A DNA stretch of 64,000 nt from NCBI RefSeq assembly GCF_024521635.1, contig NW_026250423.1, positions 62,001 through 126,000 of the forward strand, given 5' to 3'. This DNA is from Tricharina praecox. Its lineage: Eukaryota. Both the position numbers and the translations under genes were made by a program. Below the pieces are notes generated by a model. It saw only the letters and a program-made list of their open reading frames with translations, searched no databases and was not told the DNA's origin. Within the stretch, counting starts at the first letter, position 1. Every line of letters begins with the position of its first letter. This document shows, in pieces, positions 24,440 through 37,974 of this stretch.

Positions 24440-25162
24440 GGTGGTGGCGGCGACGACGATGAGGCGAGTCGAAAAGGAACTTTCAATAAACGATACGACA
24501 CGACACGTCCCCGGGCGGCACCATCAATCGGTTGTACCGCTGGCGCAAAAAACCCCCTTCCTTTTTTCTTTTCCTTACTATTCTCATCTCCATTTCCTCT
24601 CGTCGATTCGTGTTTCCTCTTGTTCTGTTTCTTTTTTTTTTTGCGCCGGTGACGGATAGACGGATTGGCTGGTTAATTTGGGGATAGGATTACGCCTGGT
24701 TTAGTTGTCATTGCAGATGTTGTCTGATCCCACCCCGAGCCAGGCAATAATCATACCTACGCTTTTAGTCGGGTGCTTTACTTCTGGCTCGCAGCCAATT
24801 CTGTTCTCGTGTCTTTTTTTTTTGCTCATAGTTGTTTTTTTTTCCTTTCTTCTTTCTCTTCCTCTTCATTTTCTCGGGGATTTTGTTCTGCGTGATAGGC
24901 GCTGGGCTTTTCGATGAGATATATCAGTAGTAGTAGTAGTAGCATTGCATGGGGTTTTCGTTATTTCCGTCTGTCTGTCTGTCTGTCTGCTTCGTGGTGG
25001 GGATGGGGGGTGGGGGTTGGGGGGGGGCCTCTTTTGATTGATGATGGTTTTGTTTCGATCGACTCTTCTCCTCTGCCTCTGCGTGTGTGTCTCTTGCTCT
25101 CTTGCTCTCCAACTAGCTTTCAATCCTTTGATTTGCGCTTTTCATATCTTGGTTTTTTGTGT

Positions 25163-25560
25163 GTGGTTGTGGTTGTGGTTGTGGTTGTGGTTGTGGTTGT
25201 GGTTGTGGTTGTTCGTCTCTCTGTACGTTTGTGCTGCGATATTGATTGAGGAGGAGTAGGGGAGCGGGTAGGAGGCAGAATGGCAGAGAATGGCTGGCTG
25301 TGCACGAGACGATACTCTGAATGCCAAAACTTTATTGATGAAGTGAAGTGTCGGGGTTTCATTCGCTTTCATTCTTTTTCTTTTTCTTTTTCTTCTTATT
25401 TTACTTCTTATTTTCTATTTTCTATTTCTATTTCTTTTGCTTTTTTACCTTTTTTTTCTTTCTTCTTTTTCTTTCTTTTTTTCTTTTCTTTTCCTTTTCC
25501 CTTTTTCTTTTCTACTTTTTTCTTTCGTTTTTGTCTCAGTACACTGGTCTTTCTTTACTC
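25163..25560. repeat. (GTGGTT)n hexamer run followed by an approximately 200-nt T-rich polypyrimidine low-complexity tract
   Basis: Read directly; the poly-Phe ORFs in the track derive from this tract. Confidence 0.9.
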
Positions 25561-25980
25561 CTCCTTTCCTCTACTCATACCATTTTTCGTTGTTAATATT
25601 AGTCCTCTTGATGAAACCGTTATTTCAATTTTTTCGTTTGGCTACCGTATACATGGTATCATATCGTAGTAGATCTCGAGAGAGTTTAGTAAGGTGCCTG
25701 TACGTATGATATATTCGGTATATAAAAGAAGTATATTTGCCGATGCCATGAAATGAATCGTGCTCAACGTGCTCAGAATGCTCAACGTGCTCAACGTGGT
25801 GTGAATCGTGACGGAACGGTCCGAGCGAAGCGTGATGCAAGTACATACAGTAGACAGAGGCCTAAAAGTATCGCTCACGGGTTACGGGTTGCGGGTGTGC
25901 AATGCATGCATGCAGGCAGGCAGGCAGGCCTGGCGTAGGCTCGGTCGTTGGCGGATCATTGTCGAAGCCTACCCAGCTAC

Positions 25981-26580
25981 TCATCCACCCATACATCGGT
26001 GTCACTCGCTTGCTGGTTTCCTACCTATTCACGCGTTTGTTTCTCTCATGTTCTGGTCATATGTACTATTTGCTCTCTCATTTCTGTACGATTGAGGAAC
26101 TGCTGTCTTGGTACCTGTAAAAGGGCTTGATCCTGCCATCCTAGCTGGACGACATCTTAGACACCTTGGGTATTCGGTTGAATGTTATCACGCATATCCA
26201 CCACCAAAACTTCAACAGTCGTTGATTGTCTCCTGTTTGTCCAATCTAATTCATCCTTCACGGATACCTATCACTCGTTTGCTGGTTTCCAGGAATTGTC
26301 ACGCGCTTGTTTCACTGTTTGTTCCACTGTTTGTCATGTGTCATGTGTTTGTTTCTTCTTATCATACGGCTGACTTGTGGATTGCTCATATATCTCATGT
26401 TCTGACGACTAGGTATCTGCTCGCTTTTCTGTACGATTGGGGATCTACTGTCTTCCAATGATACCTGTGAAAGGGTCTGGTCCTGTCCGTCCACCTACTA
26501 TAGCTAGACGGCATCTTAGACATCTTAGATATTCGGTTGAATATTGTCACGCATATCCACCACCAAAACGTCAACAGTCG
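25981..26580. repeat. Diverged direct duplication (about 25981-26221 vs about 26251-26580)
   Basis: Shared blocks include TCACTCG.TTGCTGGTTTCC, TTTCTGTACGATTG and CATCTTAGACA.CTT.G.TATTCGGTTGAAT.TT.TCACGCATATCCACCACCAAAAC.TCAACAGTCG. Confidence 0.9.
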
Positions 26581-26782
26581 TCCATAGATACAGCATACGG
26601 CTGTGACCGCTGGGGACTGATATCGGCGGGAACAGAGCGCGCGTACTATGCGCGGAGGATGAGGATGGGGATGAGGAGGAAGGTGCAGGTCGCTGTGGAT
26701 GCCCTACAGCGAGGTTAGAGATCGGAGATCGGTACCGCCGAGTGAGCTGTAGTTAGAGTATCCATATGACTTTTTGTTTCCG

Positions 26783-27050
26783 TAGTACTGGCCGCAGGTG
26801 TAAATACCGGTAGGTAGATACTCGCGAGTGCCTGCTGGCTGCTGGGGGTTGCGGGTTACGGCGACTGCGTGGTTATTCCCGAATCCCGAGGTCGCTGGGG
26901 GTTTTTTTTTGTATGTATGTACTTTTTGTTCCCCTAGTACTGACCGCAGGTGTGAATGCTTGTACTCGCGAGTGCCTGCAGGCTGCTGGGGGTTGCGGCG
27001 ACTGGATGGTTATTCCCCGAATCCTGAGGTCGATGGGGGGTTTTCTTTGT
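26783..27050. repeat. Diverged tandem duplication of about 120-130 bp (26783-26911 vs 26935-27050)
   Basis: Both copies contain TAGTACTG.CCGCAGGTGT...TACTCGCGAGTGCCTGC.GGCTGCTGGGGGTTGCGG...GGTTATTCCC.GAATCC.GAGGTCG.TGGGGG followed by a T-tract. Confidence 0.92.
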
Positions 27051-27789
27051 TTTCTTTTCTTTTGTCGGTTCCGTTATGTTATAGACGACCCGTCGTCCGT
27101 CGACCATCGGCTGGATCGTGGTATGATGGATAAGTGTTCCGTCCAATGCTCTCGGGACCCGGGAGTCGGTGTCTCCATCTCGTCTCGCGGGTGCTGGGCG
27201 CCCGAACCAGCGGTCGGCCGAAAGTGATGGCACGGGGAAGCACGGAAATAAACCCGTCATGCATGACCACGCCCGCTGCTTCGTCCGCTGCGTCTTCCTC
27301 CCCCTCCCTTCCCCACGGCGTACCGCTACCGCTAGGTAGGTATGATAGTATCCGCGCTTTCGGGAGGTTGAGTGTGCCGAGCAACGGCACTGTACTAGTA
27401 GATGTTTCCTCTCCGCCTACATCTCTCGCCAGGCCGTCTGGACAGCGATAGCGTTTTCCAAATCCTCGCCAGTCGTCAGCCGTCCAGCAGGCCTCGCCGC
27501 GGCTGCGGAACACTGAACATTCTCCCTTGCGGATCCCCAGGACATGCAGTGATGCAGTGAAGTAGTCATTTGCACGTCACGGACCACCGGCGTTGAACTT
27601 CGCGTCAGGGGCGCTCACGCGTGCGGAATATCGCCCGACTAAGAGTGGTCTCAGTGGACTCGGGCCGGCTCGACGTGGGGGGTGTGTATGGGACACCGAA
27701 CTGCTGAATGTAATCCTTTGTTGTTTGGGATGCGATGTGTGATACGAGGGCCGGTAAAGGAACTCTCTCCCGCCGCCTTGAGGCTTGAG

Positions 27790-28282
27790 TTCCAGGCTGC
27801 GTGCGGAGGTCGACGCCGGTGGGAATGGACATTGGTGTCCTCCAGTATCACAGTGTCGCCGCGGATTGAGTAGCCTACCCCCCGAGAAGTACCATTCTCC
27901 GCCCTCGATGTGCGTGGCTTGCATACCCGGGTCGCATGTCGCGGCTGGGCCAAGGAAGAAACGGTCTTCTCCTCCTCATTCTCCTTGTCAGCGATGCCAG
28001 CAGCTCCAGACAGGAAGGGGATTGGGGATACTGGATGGACCGCTTACGGAAGGTACAGGATCGGACTACACCCTCGTGTGGCGGCGACCCTCGGTTTCGA
28101 GTCTGTGCTCGAGGCGTCGTTGAACCCAAATCGAGTGCGATCTTTGGGTGGTTCGGGTGGTTCGAGGGGCGGCTCGCCTCGGTGGTTGGTGTCCTTATGC
28201 CCGTGGTGCTACCCTGCCAGCTGCGGGATTAGAAGACTTCGTGCTGCGCAGACCTCCATGGACGAAGGTTGCGGGTGGTCAT
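27790..28282 (-). pseudogene. Probable degenerate paralogue of the EGARF small-protein family
   Basis: A 5'-UTR intron (28337-28285, GTACGT..TTTAG) is followed by AG-ATG and MTTRNLRP, as in family members, then an early stop at 28229. There is an internal GTAAGC donor at 28047. Frameshifted fragments RFFLGP..THIEGGEWYFSGGR and MSIPTGVDLR resemble TLVEGARFYLQPGGR and ITVPAEVDLQ. Confidence 0.5.
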
Positions 28283-28682
28283 CTCTAAAGATGAAATCCA
28301 AACCGCCGAGTGATGGGGAGTGAGGGGGTGTACGTACCGCAGGAATGGCCTGGAAAAGGCTGTGGTGAGAGTTCGAAGCTCAAAGCTTGAACCGTGGCGT
28401 ATCGGAAAGAAAGCAAGAAAGAAAGAAAGAAAGAAGTGGGAGATACTAAAAGTGTAGGGGTGAAGAGAAAGAAGAAGAAGAGACGGATACAAAGCAGTTA
28501 CAGAGGGATGAATGTGCATCGCCACCACACATCAGGTATCACTATGGGAAGGAACCTGCGAAAGAAAGGAAAGAAAAGACAAGAAGAAGGACCCAGAAAA
28601 CCCAGTTTACTCCCAAGAGAACGACAACAAGATGAAGAGTGCCAGTCGCAGCATGACCGCGGACTGCAGTCATGGCTTGGAC

Positions 28683-29370
28683 TTACTCAATGGTTCCACC
28701 ATTAACGTCGAGAACCTTGGGGATCAAAACATTCAACCCAACAGGTACCGTAAGCGTAATCTTGGGCAGATGCTTGGGGAGGCGGCAAGGCTTGTCTCCC
28801 GCGAGGTGGAAGCGGGCACCCTCAAAATCACCCTTGGCAGACAAAGCCACGAAGGCATGAGGCTTCATGGTGTAAAAAAAGGTGCTCTCTTTCATTGGAG
28901 GCTTCTTTTCGGCTTTCTTGGGGGTGACCTAAAGGATGTTGGCTGAGTGCATCTTAAATGTGAAAGAGGGCTTACCCGTCGTCCGGCCATCATGATCGCA
29001 ACCATCTCGGCTGTCAAGATACCTTTGCCACCGACCGTCGGCTTAGACTTCTCAACCTGGGACGGGATGTTAGGGGCTGGCTGGATGGATGGATAGGAAG
29101 GGGACTTACCTCGCTCTCAGAATGAGGGGCTGGGGAAACAGGGGCGACTGGGGAGACTGGGGAGTCCGGGGCGACGGGGGTGGCGGCAGCGGGAGCGGAA
29201 GCCATGGCAACCTTGCGGGCCGACCTGCGGATGGGAATAACCTTGCGTCTGGTGGTCTTCTTGGTAGCATTGTCATCCTCGGTGTCCTCGGAAGCATCAG
29301 ACTTGGGATCAGCAGCAGACGCCCCCTTGGCCCTGCTGCGAGCGCTGATGCGGGTGGACTTGCGAGCCAT
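28683..29370 (-). CDS. Hypothetical protein, divergent member of the EGARF family; exons 29370-29110, 29056-28976, 28928-28683 (a further GTAAGT donor at 28686 overlaps the stop)
   Basis: Canonical GT-AG phase-0 introns join a basic, S/P-rich N-terminus (MARKSTRISARSRAK...) to FFYTMKPHAFVALSAKGDFEGARFHLAGDKPCRLPKHLPKITLTVPVGLNV. A 5'-UTR intron ends CTAG-AGAA-ATG. Confidence 0.75.
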
Positions 29371-32300
29371 TTCTCTAGATCCCCAGATCAGTATGTACGG
29401 ACGGGGAGATATGATAGTTGGAATTTCTACTTACTTCTTGTCGTGGGAGGTTAGTTGTCTTGACAACTTTTCGTGGGGATCGCGATGTGAGACTTCTCTG
29501 GATCAGATGGATGGTGTAGTAGAAGAGAAGGAAGAAAATCTCAGGAGCTTTCCGAGGGGTTTTGTTGACGGCACACGGTCACGAGCGTCTTTGTGGCGCG
29601 AGTAGGGCTTCACGACACGCAACCCGCAATGGCGAAGCCCTAACGTCCTCACGCTTGCCTCGAAAACGGAATTGGGGTATCATGAGAGATGACTCGGTTT
29701 TTAATGCACAGAAATCACTCGCTCTCCCTCCATAGTAAATCCTAGGGGATGAGGATACACGGTAATAGTTCCTTGGGGCCGAAGCGGAAGATGGGGGAGA
29801 GAGGCGAGGTGGCAGCAGGAGGAACGCGCATGTAGGCCCATACCGGTCTTTACTGCCAATTCACTTTTTGCTTGTGTCGGCCCGAGGCGGATAGGCAGGG
29901 GAAGTGGGGAGCCGCATCGGACTGGTCGGTACCGGGGCTTTCACGTCAACTGGCCAGGGCGGGCAGGAAAAGGATTTCGTTGGTTCGCCATAGTCTAGAT
30001 AGGCTGCATGCAAAATAAAACAGGAAGATCTCTCTCCGTAGGAGATCCAAATGATTATTGTGTGCATCACTATTCCGCAGCGGCTGCCTGCGTTTAACCA
30101 AGAACCAATTCAAACATCTACAGGATTATCTTTTGGAATCACGTATGGGTACAAACTTCTTTCCGAAGGCGGGATGGGTTTTAACTTCTGGTCCTCAGAA
30201 GGTCTCACAGCCGATCACCTCTTCTCAGTAAGCCACGAAGCTCTACTCTACGGGGGCTTTGCCGTCCGCCCATCCGCATCGGCATCCGCAGCGACCGCAC
30301 AGCTACAGATGGGCACAACTGGTTTCGGTACGTAGTGCTCTCCATCACAGGCTCTCGGCGTTTACAATACTGTACATGCAAGAGCACAAGGCGCTGCCAC
30401 TGGTAGCCAGCATCGGCTACATGACGGTATTGCACTGCTGTTGATCCTCAGCGAATGTCACGAACGAAGCTCGAACAGCATCCCTCCAAGTGTTACTGTG
30501 TTCCGGATCGACCATGATGCAATGGTGCAGCAGCACAGGGTGTATGAAGGTATGTGCGCAATGGCCAGGCCCACCTCTTTCGGATGGACTGCACTGCATC
30601 GAATTTATTCCGCCCCCCTCCCCCTCACGTACTCGATATGCGATCGATACCTAGACAGTTCAGCCATGCACTCGCCCTCGCCCTCACGAAGTCTCACTCG
30701 CGCGACCTCCCTCTTCACACATTCCAACACTCACACACACATGCGCGCACACACCCACATTCCCCGCACGGAAACAAGCGACCATGGAGCGAGTCACCCG
30801 CGGCCAATCGCTTTCCCCGCGCATGATGGTATACATACATACAACTCTAAACGGCGGATCCAGAGCCTCGGAGCCACACACACGCACACGACGCGACGAT
30901 CACCGCCTCAGCCACGGCGCCGGAGTCTCGTCCGATTCGATAATTACGTGTGTACTTACATACATACCTGGTAGGTACGCCGGCTAGAACCCGTCTCGAC
31001 TCCCGCCAGTTTCGTTTCTTTTCGTCCAGCGCACGTATGATAGGCTCGGAGGAGGAGGAGGAGGAGAAGGAGGAGGGTGCCGCCCCCGCTCCCGTTGGTT
31101 GTGCCCGCTCCCGTTGTGCCCAAAACAAAAACTGAAGGAGAGGTCTCAGGCCCGTCGTGCCACCGTCACATGCAGTACTCTGCTGCGCGAGCGCGTAGAC
31201 ACTCACCCACTCACCCACTCACCCACCAGATTGCGCGCGGGAAAATTTCCGGAGCCAATGAGTGCCTGTGCCTGTGCATGGCGTCGTTCCGTGGTACATA
31301 CCGTACGTAGGTATGTATGTAGGACGCCCGGCCTGAAGAACAGGAATTGAATTATTGGCAGGAGGAGCTCAAGAGATGTTGGGTAGGCACTGGGCACTGC
31401 ACTGCAGTGCAGTGCAGTGCAAATCGGATTCAATCCCCCACACCATTGTCGCTTGGCTGACCTGGTGAGTGGATGAATGAAAGCCTACTGTACTCTGTTG
31501 GAGTGGATGTTGGGCATGATGTTGGGGCAAACGGCATGTGTGTGGTTGAGGTGGTTGTCGAGGTGGTGGTATAGGTGGTGGTGGGGTCTACCTATGCGAG
31601 ATAACCCTTCGAGCCGACAAACCCCAATTGCGCCGGTAGAACCAAGCCGGAGGATGGAGTACCGGTATCCAGAACGGCCGAGCCTGGGGAGAAAAAGAAA
31701 AGAAAAAGTCTGATGTCCCATCGCTACTCTAGAGTACTCTATGTAGCCGTCAGCTGGGGGAGGAGGAGGAGGATCTACAGAGCGCGAGTGATAGTTGTGA
31801 TCCGCAGAGTGCAGCTTGCGCGGTTGGCCACTCCCCCAACCCACCAACCACCATCCGCCACTCCCCACTACGCACATAAATTTCTCGGCGCGAATCCAAT
31901 CCACCGTTACGATTGGGCTGGGCTGAAAGGGGGTGGTGGTGGTACTGGTGGGGGTGGTGGTGGTGGTGGTGGTGGTGAAGGTGAAGGTGGAGGTGGGTGC
32001 GCAATCAATCTATCTCCTCCAATATATCAAATCAAATCAATCAATCAGGTCAAAACAAAAAACAAAAACAAAACAAAAACAAAAACAAAAACAAAAGAAA
32101 ACCAGCCAGAGGCAGACAGGCAGGCTGGACTCATGATCAACCGTCGCTCCACTGCCACACACCCAAAAAGCAGAGTGCCCTCCCCCCAAAAGGTGGGTGG
32201 TGGCGATGATGGCAAGTGCTGCATTCATCGGGGTCCTGCAGCTGAGCAGTGTTTCAAACCCCCCTCCCCTCTAGATAAGTAGGTAAATACCCACCCATCC

Positions 32301-35300
32301 GTCCATCCATCCATCCATCCATCTATCAACTGCGGGGCTGGCAACTTATCATGTCCAGCCAGCCAGCCAGAATCCCAATCGACATCCCAGCCCGCTGCCC
32401 AGTCCCAGCCGACCAGCCATCCAGGCAGCACACACGCAACTGACTGGATGCGGCAAACTACCGCGCCTCCAAGCCCGGAATTACCGTAGTTACCTAGATA
32501 CGCACCACCACCACCCAGCCAACCACCCAACCAATCGCAGCCGCCGGTAACCAGTTAACTAAGTCCCTCCCGCCCTCCGCGACGATTTCCGGAAGCTATT
32601 CCGAGAAAGAAGAAAAGAAGAAGGAAAAAACCCACCCCATCTCATTTTGCCGGCGCTGGATGGGACTGGTCTGGCAGGTGTATCATGCGACCAACTACCA
32701 GTGTCCAATTGGCATTTGCCGCGATACGGTAGATGCGTACCGTAGGTAGTAGGTAGTAGGTACGGTACGCCATCACTCGCGCCAGCCAGCGTCTGGACCG
32801 CGGACCGCCCCTTCAGGCTTCATGCTTCAGGCTTCGGCTTCCGGTAAAATGGAATTGGAAAATCTGCTCCCTTCGTTTCCGCCATAGCCATATTACCGCC
32901 CCCCCCCCCCCCCATTCCTCCTCCCCCGTTCCTCCTCCTCCTCCCATAGTATGGTATAGTACGTAGAGTACGTGCCAGACGGCAAACGCCCAAACGCTGA
33001 TCCGATCTGGCCTGTGTGTGCGCAGCAGCGCAGCGGCGCATGTACCGTATGTCGGATATGTCGCCGCGCATGGCGGCCGTGCCGGAGACGCACGACACTC
33101 GCGAGACGAGGACACCCACACTCACACCCACCGGCCCGCTTCTTCTCGTCTCGTTTCTTCTTCTGCGGCGTCGTCGTCGTCTGTTCCTTCCTTCCTTCCC
33201 CATCCCGTCGAACGAAACGAAAGGATCCCGCAGCTGCCCGCTCTAGGCTAGCTTGTTGACCTGTGGAGACTGGAGTGGCAGTGGAGTACGTACCCTATGT
33301 AGAGTACCTGTGTATGTATGTGCGTATGTAAGTAGACACGGAATCTCCCAGCCAGCTGCTGGTTAATGCACGGGCTCGTCGCGCTGCTCTGCACTGCGTG
33401 GGCAGCTAAGGCTTCCACATGTGGGCTCTGCGATGTGATGCGATGTGATGCGATGAAACGCTCCTCCCGTTGGGGGGGGATAAACGCTCGCCTGCCAGGA
33501 CTCCAGGAGGAGCCAGCGTAACTACTTCCTATGTAGAGTAGAGTACGAACAGGCGGCTATGAAAGGAAGTAGGAAGTCGGGACAGCATATGGGATGTGGG
33601 ATGTGGGACGTGGGATGTGGATGTGGGACGTGGACACTGGAGCACTGGGGCAGGACGGGAACTCCGCTGTCGTACGGACGGGGGGCGGCAGGCAGGCAGG
33701 CGGAAGCCGGGTCGCACTCGTCCCAGAAGTTACAGAAGTCGTTCCATAACATCACTCCATCTACTCTATTCATCTAACTGTCTATGACGGAAGGGAAACA
33801 TCGCAACGGCTGCCCCGCAGACAGATGTTTCCACGCCGATGACGCCCGTCCCGTCCCGTAACCAGCAACCCAGGACACCCGAGTAGGCAAGTTGTTCCTA
33901 TTCGAGTTCCTATTCCTGCTCCTGTTCGAGTGCCTGTTCCTGCTCCTGTTCGAGTTCCTGTTTGAGTGCGAGTGCGAGTGCGAAGGAAGAAACGATGGAA
34001 GCAAGGAAGGAAGGAAGTAGCGAAGGAAGTAGCGACACTTATATCTCGATCCAAGTCTCGACATCTGCCCACCGAAAGTAGAAGTACCTAGAAGTGTACA
34101 TAAAATAAAATCCAAAAGCAAAACAAATAATGGATAAAATAAAACCCCATTCATTCCCGCCCAGCAACCCAATCCACATCGAACAAAGAAGTTATCAGTA
34201 CTAGTGCTAGTAGATCGAACGAAGCCCCCACTCCCCCCACTCCCCCCACCCCCACGGCTCGACAAGCACAACGAGCACAACGAAGTTCGAACGCATTAAT
34301 AAGTATCCGGAGAGAGCGTCCAGCCACAGTGCCACATCCCTAATCAGCAGGCACCGTTGACCAGCCAGCCAGCAAGCAGTGCGCTTTGCGCTTAACTTCT
34401 AGTACATAAGGCCTGGATTTACTGGCGAGTGGCCGGTACTTACATACGGGTGGCTGTAGATGTATGTACATACATAGTGGTAAAGAAGATGTTGGTAGTG
34501 GTGGTGGATGCAATGCGCATGCTGCACTGCATGCAATGCAGCATCCGCCCAAACAGTCGTTGGCGCATTTTCAATTTTCCCATTTTTCTTCATTTTTGGT
34601 TGGAGATCGGAGACCACGAGTTCTCTCTCCTCCTTTCTCGAGAGAAAGGAGGGAAAAGAGAAAAGGAAAAAAGGAAGGAAATGATGCAAGTACTCTAGTG
34701 TACTATACGTGTATTGTACAAGTACACCCTTTTCCGGAGTATGTTTCCCTTCCCTACCCTCTACCTTCTATTATACCCTCTTTGTATGTCGAGCCTAGAT
34801 TTTACATACCCTTCCTTCTCCCGTCTCCCTTGTATCATATGGTACAAGTAGAGTACCTAATCTGCTCTGCTCTAACTGAAGGAGCCGTCGAGTCGTCTAG
34901 ATATGTACAATACATGCCAAGCACCCAAGTATGGTACATGCTCACTTCGGCATCTCCCTCTTTCAATTACCCATCCCGGTTCTGACGGCCTCCATCCCAG
35001 GTTCTACTCTACGTAATGACCACCGAGCACCCGGAGAACCCGGAGCGGCGGGAGCGGCGGGCTGTTCGGGAGGAGGAAGGGAGCACTTGACGGGTTCTCG
35101 AACATGCATATCGAGTGACTGAGTAGGAACCATATGCACATGTTATCATAGCGGAGTTGAGTTGAGTTGAGTTGAGTTGAGTGGAGTGGAGTGGAGTGGA
35201 GTGGATTCACCATGGATCACACTACTACCACCACAACTACTAGGTACTAGGTATAGGTACATAACCACATGTTCACCTCGCCGACGCCAAAGTCCGACCC

Positions 35301-37974
35301 ACATGGCACACACGCCCCCCCTCCCCCCCCCTCCCCAGCCTACTCTAGGTACGTTCATAGGGTGGGGTGTAGTTTATATGAACCTGGGTACTGTGGAGCT
35401 GGGTAGAGTACATCGCAAGTGAGGGGGATCGCAATAGAAATGCACTGACGGCAAGCAGGCAGGGAGCGTCGGAGCGAGAACGAGCCCGCGAGAACGAACC
35501 CGCGTGCGCGCGCGGGTGAAGGGTGGATTCAGGCCGCCGCCGCCGCCTAGGTACTCGTATGCACATACATAGACGGGATGGGAAATAGATGGGGAAATAG
35601 GTACGCGCATGTCGGAGGCGAAGCGAGACGAGGCGAGACGCGGCGAGGTATAATGGCACATCTCACATCTCACAGTTCACCGGGTGCATCGGTTTTGTTC
35701 GCTGGTGATGAGTAAATACGGTACATGAGTAGGGTACTCTACATCTACTCTACATATCTGAGTATGATACGGAATGCTTCGGCACATGTATGTGATTCAC
35801 ATATCACAGTTCGAGGTCCGTGGCGTTCACCATCCCCATCCAATCCACGAAGGACAAAATCTCCGAAGAACGAGCATCATCATCAGCATCATCATCAATC
35901 GACGGATTGCCCAAAGCGCGGGTAGAGTGATCCTATGCATGCCTACATAGAGGACATACTAGCAGTCTTCCAATTAGCGGACAACTCGACTGCCATACCC
36001 CGACCAACTAAGCCCGCTTGAGCAAAGCACCAGAGCCCTGACGAAATTTTGGGGTTCATCGCGCTGGCGTCGAACTAAAATTCGTCAGGGTTACCGGTGA
36101 GAGAGGGAGAGAAGGAAAGGGAGGGAAGGGATCGAGTCGGCTGGTCGGTAACGAGCAAGCTGCCTGCGCGGGATCCAGCCACCAAGTCCAAGACCAAGAC
36201 CTGCAATTGATGACAGAGCATCGGTGACTGCTGACCACCTCCATCACCACCGCCGCTACCATTACCACCACTGAGCACCACCATCACTGCGCACCACCAT
36301 CACCACCACCCTATGTGACGTGTCCGTACCGCCAGGCTCCGCGCTCGAGTACGAGGGGACGGGGGGGACGGATTCCGGATGATGGAAGGTGGAAGGTGGA
36401 AGGTGGGTGGATGGTGGAGGGTGCATAAACCGCATAAAAAATGCACATGCCCAACCACCATCCATGGAGGTTCTGGGAGGAGGGTGTGGGTGTGACCGGG
36501 TGAAGCAACTTTTTCCATCTCTCTGGCGAGAGAAAAAAAACAAAAGAAAAAAAAACATCCAACGATTCATCATATGCACCGCCATCCGACGACGAAGATA
36601 TGATGGTTCGTAGGGTAGGCTGTTGCAGTACTAGAGGATGTAGGTTATGTATGTAGGTAGTTGGAGAGTCCAGATAGCCACTTATCTAGATACACGGCAC
36701 CGTCATAACGCCAACGATTGGTCCATGTTATCGACGCATGCGCGTGCGGACCGGGTCCACAGGGAGGAGGAGGAGTAGGAGTAGGAGGAGGAGTAGGAGT
36801 AGGAGGAGGAGGAGGAGTAGGAGGAGGAGAAATGTGACGACTGCCCCAACTAACCAGAGTAGCCCTCACGAAGGATTCACGAAGGAGGAGGAGGAGGAGG
36901 AGGAGGAGGAGGAGAATGTATTGACTGCTCTCAGTAACCGACCTATTAGCCTCTACTCTGTATACCCAGTAATTTTTCGCGGGAGGGGCATTTCTCCACG
37001 GCCGCCCCGACGCCTTGGGACCAATTATGGAGCATTCGTGCCGAAAACGTGAATGCCACACGGCTGCAGCGACCAGCGACCAGGACACCACACACACATG
37101 CATCTCTCTGTCCTCCCCACATCATCATCATCATCCTCTCTCTCTCCTTCCCGGCGGACGCTGGCGAGTGTAAGCTCAAAGTTAACGCCCGCGTTTCGGG
37201 GAGGGAGGGGGGGGTCACTGAAAAAAAATATCCCCCCCTCAAGCTAGGAGGAGCAAGCGCGAAAAGCAGTCGTCGCTGGAACCGGGTTAGACTACCGTAG
37301 CGCGCCACTGAGTGGATCCCGTCCGAAATGCTTGGTGTGTCTAGTGAGTCTGGTGAGTCTGGTGTGGTGGTGGTGGTGGTGGTGGTGGCTGGTGGCGGAG
37401 GACGGGGGGTGGGGACTTGAAAGTGGCATAGAGAACGAAGCGGGCGGCGCGGCGGCGGCGCGGGAAATATGTGGGGGGACGAAAGAGCGAACGGACGGAA
37501 CGGAAGGCAAGGGAAGGATGGGAGGGAAGGATGGGAGGGAAGGAGGGAAGGATGGGAAGGATGGGAGGGGGCATGGGATGCGATGGGATCTAGTTTAGCG
37601 CACGGCTCTAACCAAGGTTCCGACAACTGCGGTCATCAAAGCCATTTTGCTGGGCCCGGGTCGAGTGAGTGGTAGGGTAAGTGCACGCCTAGCAAGGCTG
37701 CGAGCCGACGACGAAGAGGAGGTAGAGAACGAGGAAAACGACGAGGAGGAGGAGAACGACAACGACGATGAGGAGGAGGAGAAGGACGACGACGATGAGA
37801 AGGCAGAGTACCCACGTATCGCCTACCAACCCCCAGCCACCAAGACTCGGAGAAGTGCTTAAGCAGCGTACCCGGGTATTCTCTAGTAGGTGCTATATGT
37901 AAGCACATATAGCCCACGAGCCCTTACACCATACACCTTACATAACCCATCACCAGTGACCAGGCCGCATCCCA

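Noticed and set aside
26175..26187. GGTTGAATGTT shared with the coding strand of the 28.7 kb gene
   Set aside because: An 11-mer match with no extension on either side; likely chance.
30051..30600. Protein-like ORFs with possible GTACGT/GTATGT donors
   Set aside because: No consistent spliced frame or known motif.
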